A DNA stretch of 37,950 nt from positions 1-37,950 of the forward strand of contig JARQWU010000073.1 of assembly GCA_040182905.1 (NCBI GenBank), read 5' to 3'. The notes below the pieces were generated by a model that was not told the origin of the DNA, ran no database searches, and worked only from the letters and a program-made list of their open reading frames with translations. Shown in pieces: positions 10,524 to 19,999 of this stretch. Position 1 is the first letter of the stretch. Every line of letters starts with the position of its first letter. The DNA is from Barthelona sp. PAP020 (Eukaryota). The translations under genes and the position numbers were made by a program.

Positions 10524-11549
10524 TCAATGATGAATTGGCTTATAGGGTCTGAAATAGCATCTACCTTCTTCAGGGTCATGATAGGGCTGTTCAACAATCT
10601 CTTCACCAGCATACACCCAAGTTTCAATTTCACGTTTCCATTCGGTTAATTCAATAACTCTTGCACCTTTTGGCAAATCACCATATCCACTAAATCCGGT
10701 AGAACGACCAAAATGTAACTTAATACCGCCATGATGTAATCCTTCAAAGTCACACATATGAGCATGTCCACAAAACATGTGATCAACATCTTGTCTTTCT
10801 AAAGCTGCGTTGTAGATACCAGAGTTAACAAAAGGTCCACCAATATCCCAATCTTCCATATGACCTTTTGTAGGTGAACAGAACCATTGAGTTTCATATT
10901 CAGGTAAAGGAATATGGAACCACATAGAACCTCTTAAAATACCGTATTTTTCATAAATTTGTTTTGATTGTTCATAATACCAGTTTACTTGACTGAAATG
11001 AAGTGTATCCATGTTTTCCATGTTCGAATTTTTTGGTACTTTTTGATGAGTGTCTAAAAACCATAAAATGTGAGCAGGGGTTTGACTTTCACTTGAATTA
11101 ATCAAAAGATAATAGTTTGATAATCCAGCAACATCTTCAGGTCCTTTTTTAGTTAAAGATAAATGTTTTCCAAGAGTCTTATCATAAGCATAAATACCTT
11201 CACGATTGAGATTGTGCTCATGATCATGATTGCCAAATACAAAAGCATAAGGATAATTTCCTTCAAGAATAGGTTTTAAAGCACATGCCCAAGAAACTTC
11301 ACTCTTTTCATCAGGTTTAAGGAGAAAACCACTGATTAAATCACCAGTAATAATAACTAAATCAGGTTTTTCCTTATCTAATATTGTTTTCATAAGGTTT
11401 TGAGACTTGATATCATTTTCAACGCAATTTTGAACATGAATATCTGTAAATTGAACAATTTTAAATTTTCCGTCTGAGTTAAAGGACAAGTCAGCATAAA
11501 TAATGGTAAATATGGAAATAACTACCAAAATATTAATCAATTGATTCAT
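10524..11549 (-). CDS. Secreted calcineurin-like metallophosphoesterase (DCR2/PAP14-type)
   Basis: Signal peptide, then FKIVQFTDIH, PDLVIITGD, FVFGNHD, WFHIPLPEY, FCGHAH and TGFSGYG..GARVIEL. Confidence 0.92.
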   Translation of the reverse strand: MNQLINILVVISIFTIIYADLSFNSDGKFKIVQFTDIHVQNCVENDIKSQNLMKTILDKEKPDLVIITGDLISGFLLKPDEKSEVSWACALKPILEGNYPYAFVFGNHDHEHNLNREGIYAYDKTLGKHLSLTKKGPEDVAGLSNYYLLINSSESQTPAHILWFLDTHQKVPKNSNMENMDTLHFSQVNWYYEQSKQIYEKYGILRGSMWFHIPLPEYETQWFCSPTKGHMEDWDIGGPFVNSGIYNAALERQDVDHMFCGHAHMCDFEGLHHGGIKLHFGRSTGFSGYGDLPKGARVIELTEWKREIETWVYAGEEIVEQPYHDPEEGRCYFRPYKPIHH

Positions 11550-11843
11550 TCAATTAAAAAAAAATTTCAAAACGAAGATTGATTGTGATTAAATTATTTG
11601 AAAAATATTTTTGAATGAGATTTAAATTATTTTAGTGACTTTATTGATTCATAAAAGATTGTCTATTTGAGAAGGTACATTTCAGATTTGTTAAAAATTT
11701 ACTTCTTTAAAAAAATAATGAATTCTGCATCATCATTGTGAAAAAGTCCTTGGGGAAGAAGCCTTCATTTTGTTTGGGAGAAAATTGTTGACCAAAAAGG
11801 AGTTCGATTTTTCAGGTTTCAATTTTTTTTTTGTTGTTTTGAA

Positions 11844-14081
11844 ATGTTGTGGCCATTATTATCCTTTGTTTTTGTTTGTTCAGTCATTGGAATTATTGTT
11901 GCCATCCTTTATGGACGTCATGTTCTTAATTCTCCTAAAGGAGATGAGAAAATGCAACGAGTTTCATCTTGGATTGTTGCTGCCGCTAATGGATTTATGA
12001 ATCGTCAATACAAAGTTATTGGTACACTTTCAATTGTATTTGCTTTGGTAATTTTTGGTGTTTGGTTATTAAGAGGAGACGTTAAGACTCCCATTCCTAT
12101 TTATTCTGAAGCTGTTTTGAATGCTGTTTCATTCCTTTTTGGTGCCATTTGTTCCGGAATTGCAGGTTATGTTGGTATGAAAGTTGCTGTTCGTGCTAAT
12201 CTCAATACTGCGGCTGCTTGTGTTCATTCAACATCAAGAGGTGTTGTTATGGCCCTTCGTGCTGGTGGATTATCTGGTTTCCTTGTTGTATCCATGTCAC
12301 TTGCCGGTGTTGCTGGTGTTTATGCCATTACCGATGTTATTTTCAAGAGTAATCCCAATGTTACAGTTTCTAATATTCCTTCTCTTATTGTTGGTTATGG
12401 TTTTGGTGCTTCATTTGTTGCTTTGTTTGCTCAATTAGGAGGTGGTATCTATACAAAGGGAGCTGATGTTGGTGCTGATTTAATTGGAAAGGTTGAAAAT
12501 GACCTTCGTGAAGATGATCCTCGTAATGCTGCTGTTATTGCTGATCTTACTGGTGATTGTGCTGGTGATTGTGCTGGTCGTTCTGCTGATTTATTTGAAT
12601 CTCTTGCTGCTGAAAATATTGGAGCTATGATTCTTGGTGCTTCTATTGCTCCAAAGGTCACTGATGACGTTACAAATGTCATCTTGTTCCCCCTTGTTGT
12701 CAGATCTGTTGGTTTACTTTGTTGTATTATTGGTACATTCTTTGTACGTGAAAAAGATGAGAGTAAGCCTTTGTTAGGAGATGATCCCTCTGACTTATCC
12801 AGACCTGTCTCTGATGTCAGTCCCATGGGTATGCTTAATTTTGGATTTGTTATTTCTGCTGTTCTTTGTACTCTTGGTTTCTGGGGTACTTGCTATTGGT
12901 TGCTTGATTTTTCAAAGGTTCCTGGAGCTTGGTGGAAATTCGGTATTTGTGGTACCATCGGTATTGTTGCTGCTTGGGGTTTTGTTATAGTTACTGATTA
13001 TTATACTGAAGTCAATCGTACACCTACCAATCGTATTGTTGAATCTTCTAAATATGGTCCTGCAAACAATGCTATTGCAGGTATTTCTGTTGGTATGGAA
13101 TCTACTGCCATTCCCACTTTAATTATTTCCATTGCTCTCATTACTTCTTATTGGTTAGGACAAACTGTTGAAGAAGGTCATGGTGGTTTGTTTGGTACTG
13201 CTGCTGCAACTATGGGAATTTTAACTGTTTGTGGTTATGTTTTGGCTATGGATGTCTTCGGTCCTATTGTTGATAATGCCGGTGGTATTGTTGAAATGTC
13301 TGATCAAGATAAAGATATTCGTAGACGTACTGATATGTTAGATGCTTGTGGTAATACTACAAAGGCACTTACCAAGGGATATGCTATTGGTTCTGCTTCA
13401 CTTGCATCTTTCCTTCTTTTCTCAGCTTTCCTTGATGATGCTGAGTATTTCTCTGGTCTTCCACGTGCTACTGTTTCATTGTCAAATCCTAATGTCTTTG
13501 TTGCTGCTTTGATTGGTGCTGCTCTTGTATATCTTTTCTCTGCTTGGACTATGTCTGCTGTTGGTTTTTGTGCTGAAGAAATTATGACTGAAGTTCGTCA
13601 ACAATTAGCTAGATTAGGAGATGATGAGCTTCCTTCTTTGGAAGATTATCAACGTTGTACTGATATTGCCACACGTGCTTCCTTAAGATTGATGGTTAAA
13701 CCTGGATTATTGGTTGTACTCACTCCTATTGCTGTTGGTGTTATTTTCCGTTTCATTGGTCAAGTTCAAGGTAATCGTTTACTTGGTATTGATACTTTAG
13801 CTGGTTTCTTGATGATTGCAACTATTTCTGGTATTTTAATGGCATTGTTCTTGAACAATGCTGGAGGTGCTTGGGATAATGCTAAGAAACAATCTGAAGT
13901 ATTGTATAAAGAAGATGCTCCTCAAGGCTCAAAGAATCGTTATACTTTGGATGCTGCTGTAAACGGAGATTGTATTGGTGATTTCTTCAAAGATGCTGCT
14001 GGTCCATCCATTCATATTTTCATCAAGCTTATTGCTACAGTTACTTTGGTCTTGTGTCCAATTTTCATTGGAAGCAAATAA
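11844..14081 (+). CDS. Membrane-integral H+-translocating pyrophosphatase, K+-independent (AVP2/type II-like)
   Basis: GGGIYTKGADVGADLIGKVE, EDDPRN, GPIVDNAGGIVEMS, GNTTKA (Lys marks the K+-independent type), NAGGAWDNAKK and many TM helices. Confidence 0.96.
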   Translation: MLWPLLSFVFVCSVIGIIVAILYGRHVLNSPKGDEKMQRVSSWIVAAANGFMNRQYKVIGTLSIVFALVIFGVWLLRGDVKTPIPIYSEAVLNAVSFLFGAICSGIAGYVGMKVAVRANLNTAAACVHSTSRGVVMALRAGGLSGFLVVSMSLAGVAGVYAITDVIFKSNPNVTVSNIPSLIVGYGFGASFVALFAQLGGGIYTKGADVGADLIGKVENDLREDDPRNAAVIADLTGDCAGDCAGRSADLFESLAAENIGAMILGASIAPKVTDDVTNVILFPLVVRSVGLLCCIIGTFFVREKDESKPLLGDDPSDLSRPVSDVSPMGMLNFGFVISAVLCTLGFWGTCYWLLDFSKVPGAWWKFGICGTIGIVAAWGFVIVTDYYTEVNRTPTNRIVESSKYGPANNAIAGISVGMESTAIPTLIISIALITSYWLGQTVEEGHGGLFGTAAATMGILTVCGYVLAMDVFGPIVDNAGGIVEMSDQDKDIRRRTDMLDACGNTTKALTKGYAIGSASLASFLLFSAFLDDAEYFSGLPRATVSLSNPNVFVAALIGAALVYLFSAWTMSAVGFCAEEIMTEVRQQLARLGDDELPSLEDYQRCTDIATRASLRLMVKPGLLVVLTPIAVGVIFRFIGQVQGNRLLGIDTLAGFLMIATISGILMALFLNNAGGAWDNAKKQSEVLYKEDAPQGSKNRYTLDAAVNGDCIGDFFKDAAGPSIHIFIKLIATVTLVLCPIFIGSK

Positions 14082-14236
14082 GGAATAAATGGTGTGTAAA
14101 CGTTTTTTCTTTTTTTATTGTGACGTTTTCAAAACTCACTAATGTTAGTTTAAAGATTGAGTTGAAGGAGAACATCTTAACAACAGGGTTATCGTTTCAA
14201 AAGATAAAGGAAAAAAAAAGAAACTACAATTTTTAT

Positions 14237-14962
14237 CTACTCATCATTGTTATCATCTCTTTCAATGAAATTGTCTATTTGTTCTGGAGTATACTGTACA
14301 ATTCCTTCTTTATCACACAGAATCAAGTCAATTTGATCACTTTTCAACTGTGTATCATGAGGTAAAGACTTTTCCAAGGCAACAATGGCATGTTGAATTA
14401 AATCATTCACATTCGCATCTTCAAATGCTTCTAAATGAGCATTTAAGTATGTTCTGGAAGCTTCAGTTCTGGAACCAACAGCATGGGCATAATATTCATA
14501 AAAATCACCAGAAGCTGAAACACAGTATAAATGCGGTCCAGTAAAATCAACACCACCAAGTAAAATACTGGCTCCATATGGTCTATTTCCTGCTGAAATT
14601 GTATTACTATGAACCTTTGAAGCCAAGGAATAGATAAGTTTCTTTGTAGGAATATGTTCGGAATACACATAGTTATGAGAACGACATTCTGATTTCAAAA
14701 AATTTGTCAGTAAACGAACATCTGAAGTAAGTCCCAAGCCAACACATGCAGTATGGGTATTTAATTTGAATATTTTTTGATGTGAATGTGCTAATGAACC
14801 AATATCTTTCTTTAAAGCACATAAAATTAAATGAGTTTTGGTTTTGATACCAATCGTTGCAGAGCCATATTGTTTTGAACATTGACAAGCATAATCAACT
14901 TGATGTAAATCTCCTTCTGGTGAAAATGTCGCAATATCGCGATCATACAAAGAACGGTTCAT
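14237..14962 (-). CDS. PSMA1: 20S proteasome alpha subunit (alpha-6/PSMA1 type)
   Basis: MNRSLYDRDIATFSPEGDLHQVDYA, HQKIFKL, GLTSDVRLL, RPYGASIL, GPHLY and SRTYL. ATG 14962 follows a T-run. Confidence 0.88.
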   Translation of the reverse strand: MNRSLYDRDIATFSPEGDLHQVDYACQCSKQYGSATIGIKTKTHLILCALKKDIGSLAHSHQKIFKLNTHTACVGLGLTSDVRLLTNFLKSECRSHNYVYSEHIPTKKLIYSLASKVHSNTISAGNRPYGASILLGGVDFTGPHLYCVSASGDFYEYYAHAVGSRTEASRTYLNAHLEAFEDANVNDLIQHAIVALEKSLPHDTQLKSDQIDLILCDKEGIVQYTPEQIDNFIERDDNNDE

Positions 14963-15068
14963 GAAAAAAAAAAGGAGATCCAACTACAGCAATCACTTTT
15001 TGTTTGGTTTATTTCACACAATTGTGAATCCAAAATGATCAAAAATAGAAATAAATTTATAAAACGAA

Positions 15069-15971
15069 CTAGTTACCATCTAAATTAGAGTTATATGTTT
15101 TTTTTTCACAAGAATGATCCAATGGACTTGTTATCGATCTGGTAGTCAATGATCTGGGTAAAGTAACACTTTCACGTTGATATTTTGGACTTTTCTCATG
15201 AAAATTCATGACCAAATCATGTTTTGGCGCTGAAATTGGAATTATCAGTTGAGACTTTTTAAACCCAGTCCAATGACCTATTTTTGTTCTGCCATCAACA
15301 ACTTGAATCTGTTGTTTTAACAACATATCCATTAAAGGATTAGACACTCGGTAATTTGCCTGCGTATTGGATGACAGTTCTTTCTTTTTGTTTCTATTAA
15401 CATGATTTTTAGAAAGTTGCAAAAGCTTCTCAGATTTTTTCCTTAACGTCTTTGAATAGGATCGTGGTGTTGTCACGTTATTATTTAATGATGTTTCAGT
15501 GAGAAAAAAGCTACTATTATTGTCATCATTGCCGTTTATGTCTAAAGACATATCTACATTGTCAGTTTCCATTTCTTCCAATGATCTAGAAGATAAATCC
15601 ATGTCGTCTTCAGAAAAGGAACGATAACTATCAACTTCAGGAGGGTTTACAGGACAGGAAAAAGAAGAATCAAAATAAGTAATAGTAGGAGCTTCAATAT
15701 GGTGCCAATCTTCATTTTTTTCAATATTAGATGAGCCTAATATAAAATTAGATGACCAACTTCTCGAATTCTCAAATAATCGAAGATTTGACATTTTCAA
15801 TTCTCGAAATTGTTTTTTATTCTTTTTATTTATACCTTTCATTCCAACAGAATAAATACTATCAGAAGAAGGACTCATTTTCATCTGATCAAATGTTTGT
15901 GATGATATTGGTGCGAATTTCTTTTTGTTTAATGTGTTCGTAACCAAAAATTCGTCTGGAGCGTGAGACAT
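15069..15971 (-). CDS. Hypothetical Ser/Asn-rich, probably disordered protein
   Basis: 300-codon ORF with ATG and TAG; no recognised domain. Confidence 0.7.
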   Translation of the reverse strand: MSHAPDEFLVTNTLNKKKFAPISSQTFDQMKMSPSSDSIYSVGMKGINKKNKKQFRELKMSNLRLFENSRSWSSNFILGSSNIEKNEDWHHIEAPTITYFDSSFSCPVNPPEVDSYRSFSEDDMDLSSRSLEEMETDNVDMSLDINGNDDNNSSFFLTETSLNNNVTTPRSYSKTLRKKSEKLLQLSKNHVNRNKKKELSSNTQANYRVSNPLMDMLLKQQIQVVDGRTKIGHWTGFKKSQLIIPISAPKHDLVMNFHEKSPKYQRESVTLPRSLTTRSITSPLDHSCEKKTYNSNLDGN

Positions 15972-16295
15972 ATTTAATATTTCTTCGAATATATTGAATA
16001 TTTTTCAACAGTTCATTGATTAGTTAAATAAAAAATATTAAACCTTCCTTTATTTTTTTTCACACAATTTATTTCATTTAATTGGATTTCAATTTTGTTT
16101 GGTTTCACTTTGATTGCATAACTTTTAAAATTTTAATGTTGTAAACAATGAATTGGTCCATTTTTATTTGTTTCTTTAATGCTTCTTTTTCAAGTTAGTT
16201 TCGATATGTAGAATTTTTTGAAATCATTCTATTGACATGTATTTATTGTCAAAAGAATTGCCTGCATCTTGCTTTCCATTTAAATATTGTTTTAT

Positions 16296-16988
16296 ATGTC
16301 TATTACAGAAGATCAAGCTGAACAATTTTTACGAACAATCAATAGTACAAACAATTTTTGGTCTATATTCAACTAATTCCAGTTTTAAAAGAACAGAATG
16401 CAAAATTAATTGAATATCAAAAAGCAAGGTATTTTGCTTGATTTTTTTTGATTTATTCTAACCAATAGTTTTGCATTACATAAAAAGCATCATGAAAATC
16501 TTCAAAAAGTTGTAGAATCTGTAACTGCCTTGCAATTGGCTTTAAATCAACCTTCAAATGAAACCAATTCAATAAATAGCATAAGTGATTTAATGCTTGA
16601 GGATGAAATTTCTGGATTCAATTATAATGAATTGATTATTGAGAACAAAGATAATTTAGAAGATCCTGAAATAATAGATAAATTGATAAATATATCAAAT
16701 AGTGAGTTTGAGCAATTGACATCTGAAGCACTTGTTTGTCTTTTTCCAGTGTTTATTACATGGTTATCCAATCGTGAAACAGTTGCCATGGCATTGGTTT
16801 ATTTGTTCGAAATTGCACAGAGCTTTCCTGAATTGTTTAATTTAATAGAAATACAAAAATTGTGGAAAATTTCGCTAAGACTGAAGACAATTGCAAATAC
16901 CGAATTGATGAACGATTCTCAGCTTTTGGGACTGTCTCAGAATGAATTCATCGAGTTGATGAGTTTTGTTGATGAACTAGTAAAATGA
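16296..16988 (+). CDS. Three-exon gene, katanin p80 C-terminal (con80/KATNBL1-like) domain protein
   Basis: Exons 16296-16344, 16383-16428 and 16469-16988 splice in frame: MSITEDQAEQFLRTINILKEQNAKLIEYQKASFALHKKHHENLQKVVESVTALQ. The segment DPEIIDKLINI..LTSEALVCLFPVFITWL..ALVYLFEIAQSF resembles con80. The exon structure is better supported than the product call. Confidence 0.7.
16345..16382 (+). other. Spliceosomal intron, 38 nt
   Basis: GTACAA...CTAATTCCAG; removing it restores the frame. Confidence 0.75.
16429..16468 (+). other. Spliceosomal intron, 40 nt
   Basis: GTATTT...CTAACCAATAG; removing it restores the frame into the ORF at 16530. Confidence 0.82.
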
Positions 16989-17014
16989 ACATTTTTTTCT
17001 TTTTGGTCAGTTGA

Positions 17015-17410
17015 ACTTTGGGAAGTTGTGACAAAAAAAGACATATGAAACATGTTTCGAAAATTTGAAGGTGTTCCTCCAGACAATCTCAAGAAAACAA
17101 GTTAAGTTCATCGAAAGACGAATTTTATGAATCGTATTTGACAAAACTATTGTGTAAAAGCAGTTAGCCAATATATTTTTCAGTCTTTGTGGTTGAAAAG
17201 AAAAAAAAAATATGCAGAGAGATAGGTGGTGGAGGATCAGAAAATTCAAAACAAGCCTGAAGTTGACCGATTAGAAGGGATAATAACAAAATAAAGCTTA
17301 TTTACATGTACAACTAGAGCCACAAATATCAAGAAAGAAACAACAATCAATCATCATCTGATGATGAAATTGAGAAGATTTTTTCCGACAATGTCGACAT
17401 ATTACCCCCA
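17015..17410 (+). mobile_element. Possible internally deleted, decayed hAT transposase relic
   Basis: One frame with several stops reads LGSCDKKRHMKH (BED-finger-end-like), YLTKLLCKSS*PIYF, KIKLIYMYN and an acidic tail SSSDDEIE. Adjacent frames give DRWW and KPEVDRL, similar to the hAT dimerisation domain. Confidence 0.3.
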
Positions 17411-18108
17411 TTTTTTTCATTCAACTCACACAGATCGAAATTGATTTCAACCAATTCCAAAAAAGTTTGTTCATCTAAAATTAGACCTTTGCTCAATAAT
17501 TTTCGTATTAAAGGATCAGATTTTTCTACAACTTTCTTGTCAATGAGAAAATTCAAAAAATTCAAATTTTCAGAACAATATTTCATAAAATTTGCTTCTT
17601 CTTCTTTCAAAATATAAACGATATCAGTACTTTTTACTTCTTTGAAACTGTTTTTTGTGAAATTTTCATAAATAATTTCAAAACATTTAAAACTTTCACA
17701 ATTTTTCGAAAAGAAATCAAATTCAATTAATTTCTTTTCAAATAAATATAACAACACCTTAAAATATTCTCTTTTCAAACATTTTTCAGCAATATCATTC
17801 TTTTGTTTGGAATCTAACCAATCATCACTTTCTTTTTCTAAAAAATCTATTATTTTAATCAATTTTTGTTCTTTAATTTCTTTAAAAGAATAATTTCGCA
17901 GTTCTTTCCATGTTTTTGGCATATATTTCCTCTTTTTATAATATTTTATTAAATATATTATCCCCATGATGAAACTTATCAGTGTTGCCATTTTTTTAAA
18001 CAAATAAATGTGTCCAAAAAAAAACGCTTTTATTTTTCTTCGGTGTCGATAAATTTGTACAATTAGTTTAAATATTTCTACAATAATATCAACTATATCA
18101 GAAGCCAT
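17347..18108 (-). CDS. Hypothetical protein with hydrophobic N-terminal segments and degenerate ankyrin-like helical repeats, possibly truncated
   Basis: 253-codon ORF with YFKVLLYLFEKK, NLNFLNFLIDKK and FLELVEINFDLCELNEKNG patterns. The last codons overlap the putative relic on the opposite strand. Confidence 0.6.
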   Translation of the reverse strand: MASDIVDIIVEIFKLIVQIYRHRRKIKAFFFGHIYLFKKMATLISFIMGIIYLIKYYKKRKYMPKTWKELRNYSFKEIKEQKLIKIIDFLEKESDDWLDSKQKNDIAEKCLKREYFKVLLYLFEKKLIEFDFFSKNCESFKCFEIIYENFTKNSFKEVKSTDIVYILKEEEANFMKYCSENLNFLNFLIDKKVVEKSDPLIRKLLSKGLILDEQTFLELVEINFDLCELNEKNGGNMSTLSEKIFSISSSDDD

Positions 18109-18320
18109 TGATGATTTTCAACATATACTGTTCATTTCGACAAGAAAAAAAAAAGTTTATTGTTGACTGCTGAATTTTCTTTCACATCCTTTTTCTTTCA
18201 AAAAAAAAGAACAGGATATCTTTGTAACGTAAAGTGTTGAATTTATTGGTATATACCAATTTTGTCACAAACTTACTCATTTGGGGTTCTTTGATAAAAA
18301 AGAAAATCAGAAAAATACAT

Positions 18321-18695
18321 TTATTGCCATGATTCATAATCCGAATCACTCATTGTTTGATCAACTGACATGGACATTGAAACAGAACCAGACATAGACA
18401 TGGAAGAATTTGATGGAGAGATAGTGAGATTGGAAATATCAGTTAATGGCGAATTTATATTGACATTGTTTGAATGTAAAAGTTTCTTTTCATTTTGAAT
18501 TCTTTTTAAAATATTCGTAAGATAATCTGGATTTTCAATCTCGCCTATGGTAAAATCAACATTATTAGGAATCGATGTGATTGGATTTGACGCAACATTT
18601 GGAGTTTGAGCAGTTATATCCTCTAATTCTAAAAATTCTCTTTCTTTTAAATTTGGAATTTTAAAAATTTCGAAGGAATGACTTGGAAAATTCAT
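18321..18695 (-). CDS. Small disordered hypothetical protein with a D-box-like PLTDISN motif
   Basis: ATG at 18695 (MNFPSH); Ser/Met-rich C-terminus; head-to-head with the cyclin gene. Confidence 0.65.
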   Translation of the reverse strand: MNFPSHSFEIFKIPNLKEREFLELEDITAQTPNVASNPITSIPNNVDFTIGEIENPDYLTNILKRIQNEKKLLHSNNVNINSPLTDISNLTISPSNSSMSMSGSVSMSMSVDQTMSDSDYESWQ

Positions 18696-18847
18696 GTTCA
18701 ACACATAAATGAACTAATTAACCGAAATTGGACAAATTTTAAGAGGAAAATTTAAATTCAAAAAAGTTGATTTTTTTGAACTTTGGGCAGCGCGTTTTTT
18801 CAAAAATCAATCTGTCATACTTTCATTTTTTGTCTCAAACACTTGTA

Positions 18848-19792
18848 ATGTCTGAAACAGGAGTAATTGGATTAACAAACATTTCAAATGTGAATAATAA
18901 CAAGATCAAAAATTCTTTTGCATCAATCAATTCTTATAATTTTTCAACAGATTCAACATTTGATTCTGTGGATTTCTTTGATATTGACAAAGCACAAGCT
19001 CAAAATCCATTGATTGTACCAGAATATGCTGCTGAAATTTATGAATTTAATTTTGACATGGAAAAGAAGTATATGTGGGATACTGATTATTTAAGCAAGC
19101 AATCTGAAGTTACTGGTAGTCAAAGAGCTATTTTAATCAGTTGGATGATGGAATGTTCATACAAATTTAGACATTCACCTGAAACAATCTTTAGAGCTGT
19201 CAATTATGTGGACAGATATCTTTCTAAGAACTTAGTTTTAATCAGAAAGCTTCAATTAGTTGGAACTGCCGCTTTGTTCATTTCGGCTAAGATTGAAGAA
19301 AGAAGAACACCTGCTTCCCGTGAATATGTTCAAATTGCAGCAAATTCATTCACTAGGCAGGAATTACTTGCTATGGAGAGAGCCATTTTACGCGATCTCG
19401 ATTATGATGTTTATGTTCCTTCTGCACACACATTTCTTCGTCGTTTAACACGTGGAGATTCTGCAGATAGTACCACCAAATATTTGGCACATTATTTGAT
19501 TAATTTATCTATTGTTGATCATCGTTTGCTTAGTTTGTATCCATCTGAAGTTGCTGCTGCATCTATTTATTTGGCAAATGAACTAAATCATCGCCCAACA
19601 TGGAATAATAATCTTTTCCATTATTCTAATGGTTTAGAAGCTAACAATGCAAAACTTCAGCAAGGTGTTGATAGATTAAGAATATTATTGGGTAGAGCTT
19701 CATCAGGATCCAGAACTTTATCTCCAATTTACAAAAAATTTGCTTCTGCTTCATATCGTTCTGTAGCTGATCGTTTTAAAGCTGTTGTATAA
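18848..19792 (+). CDS. A/B-type (mitotic) cyclin
   Basis: VPEYAAEIY, QRAILISWM (MRAIL box), ETIFRAVNYVDRYLS, KLQLVGTAALFISAKIEE, LLAMERAIL and PSEVAAASI. ATG 18848. Confidence 0.95.
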   Translation: MSETGVIGLTNISNVNNNKIKNSFASINSYNFSTDSTFDSVDFFDIDKAQAQNPLIVPEYAAEIYEFNFDMEKKYMWDTDYLSKQSEVTGSQRAILISWMMECSYKFRHSPETIFRAVNYVDRYLSKNLVLIRKLQLVGTAALFISAKIEERRTPASREYVQIAANSFTRQELLAMERAILRDLDYDVYVPSAHTFLRRLTRGDSADSTTKYLAHYLINLSIVDHRLLSLYPSEVAAASIYLANELNHRPTWNNNLFHYSNGLEANNAKLQQGVDRLRILLGRASSGSRTLSPIYKKFASASYRSVADRFKAVV

Positions 19793-19999
19793 AGATATGT
19801 TTTTTTATTCAAGAATTTTTTCAATTGAGATGTTGAAAAATTAATTTTAAAAAATAATTATTGAAATTTACATTGTTTAAAAAAAAAAAGAACTGCAGAT
19901 TCTTCTTTCTTTAAAAAGATGCTGTATTGCTGTTATTGGAGTGAAAATTATGAGAAATAAAGAAGAAAAAAAAAAGAATTGTTTTTCTAATTCATTCGA

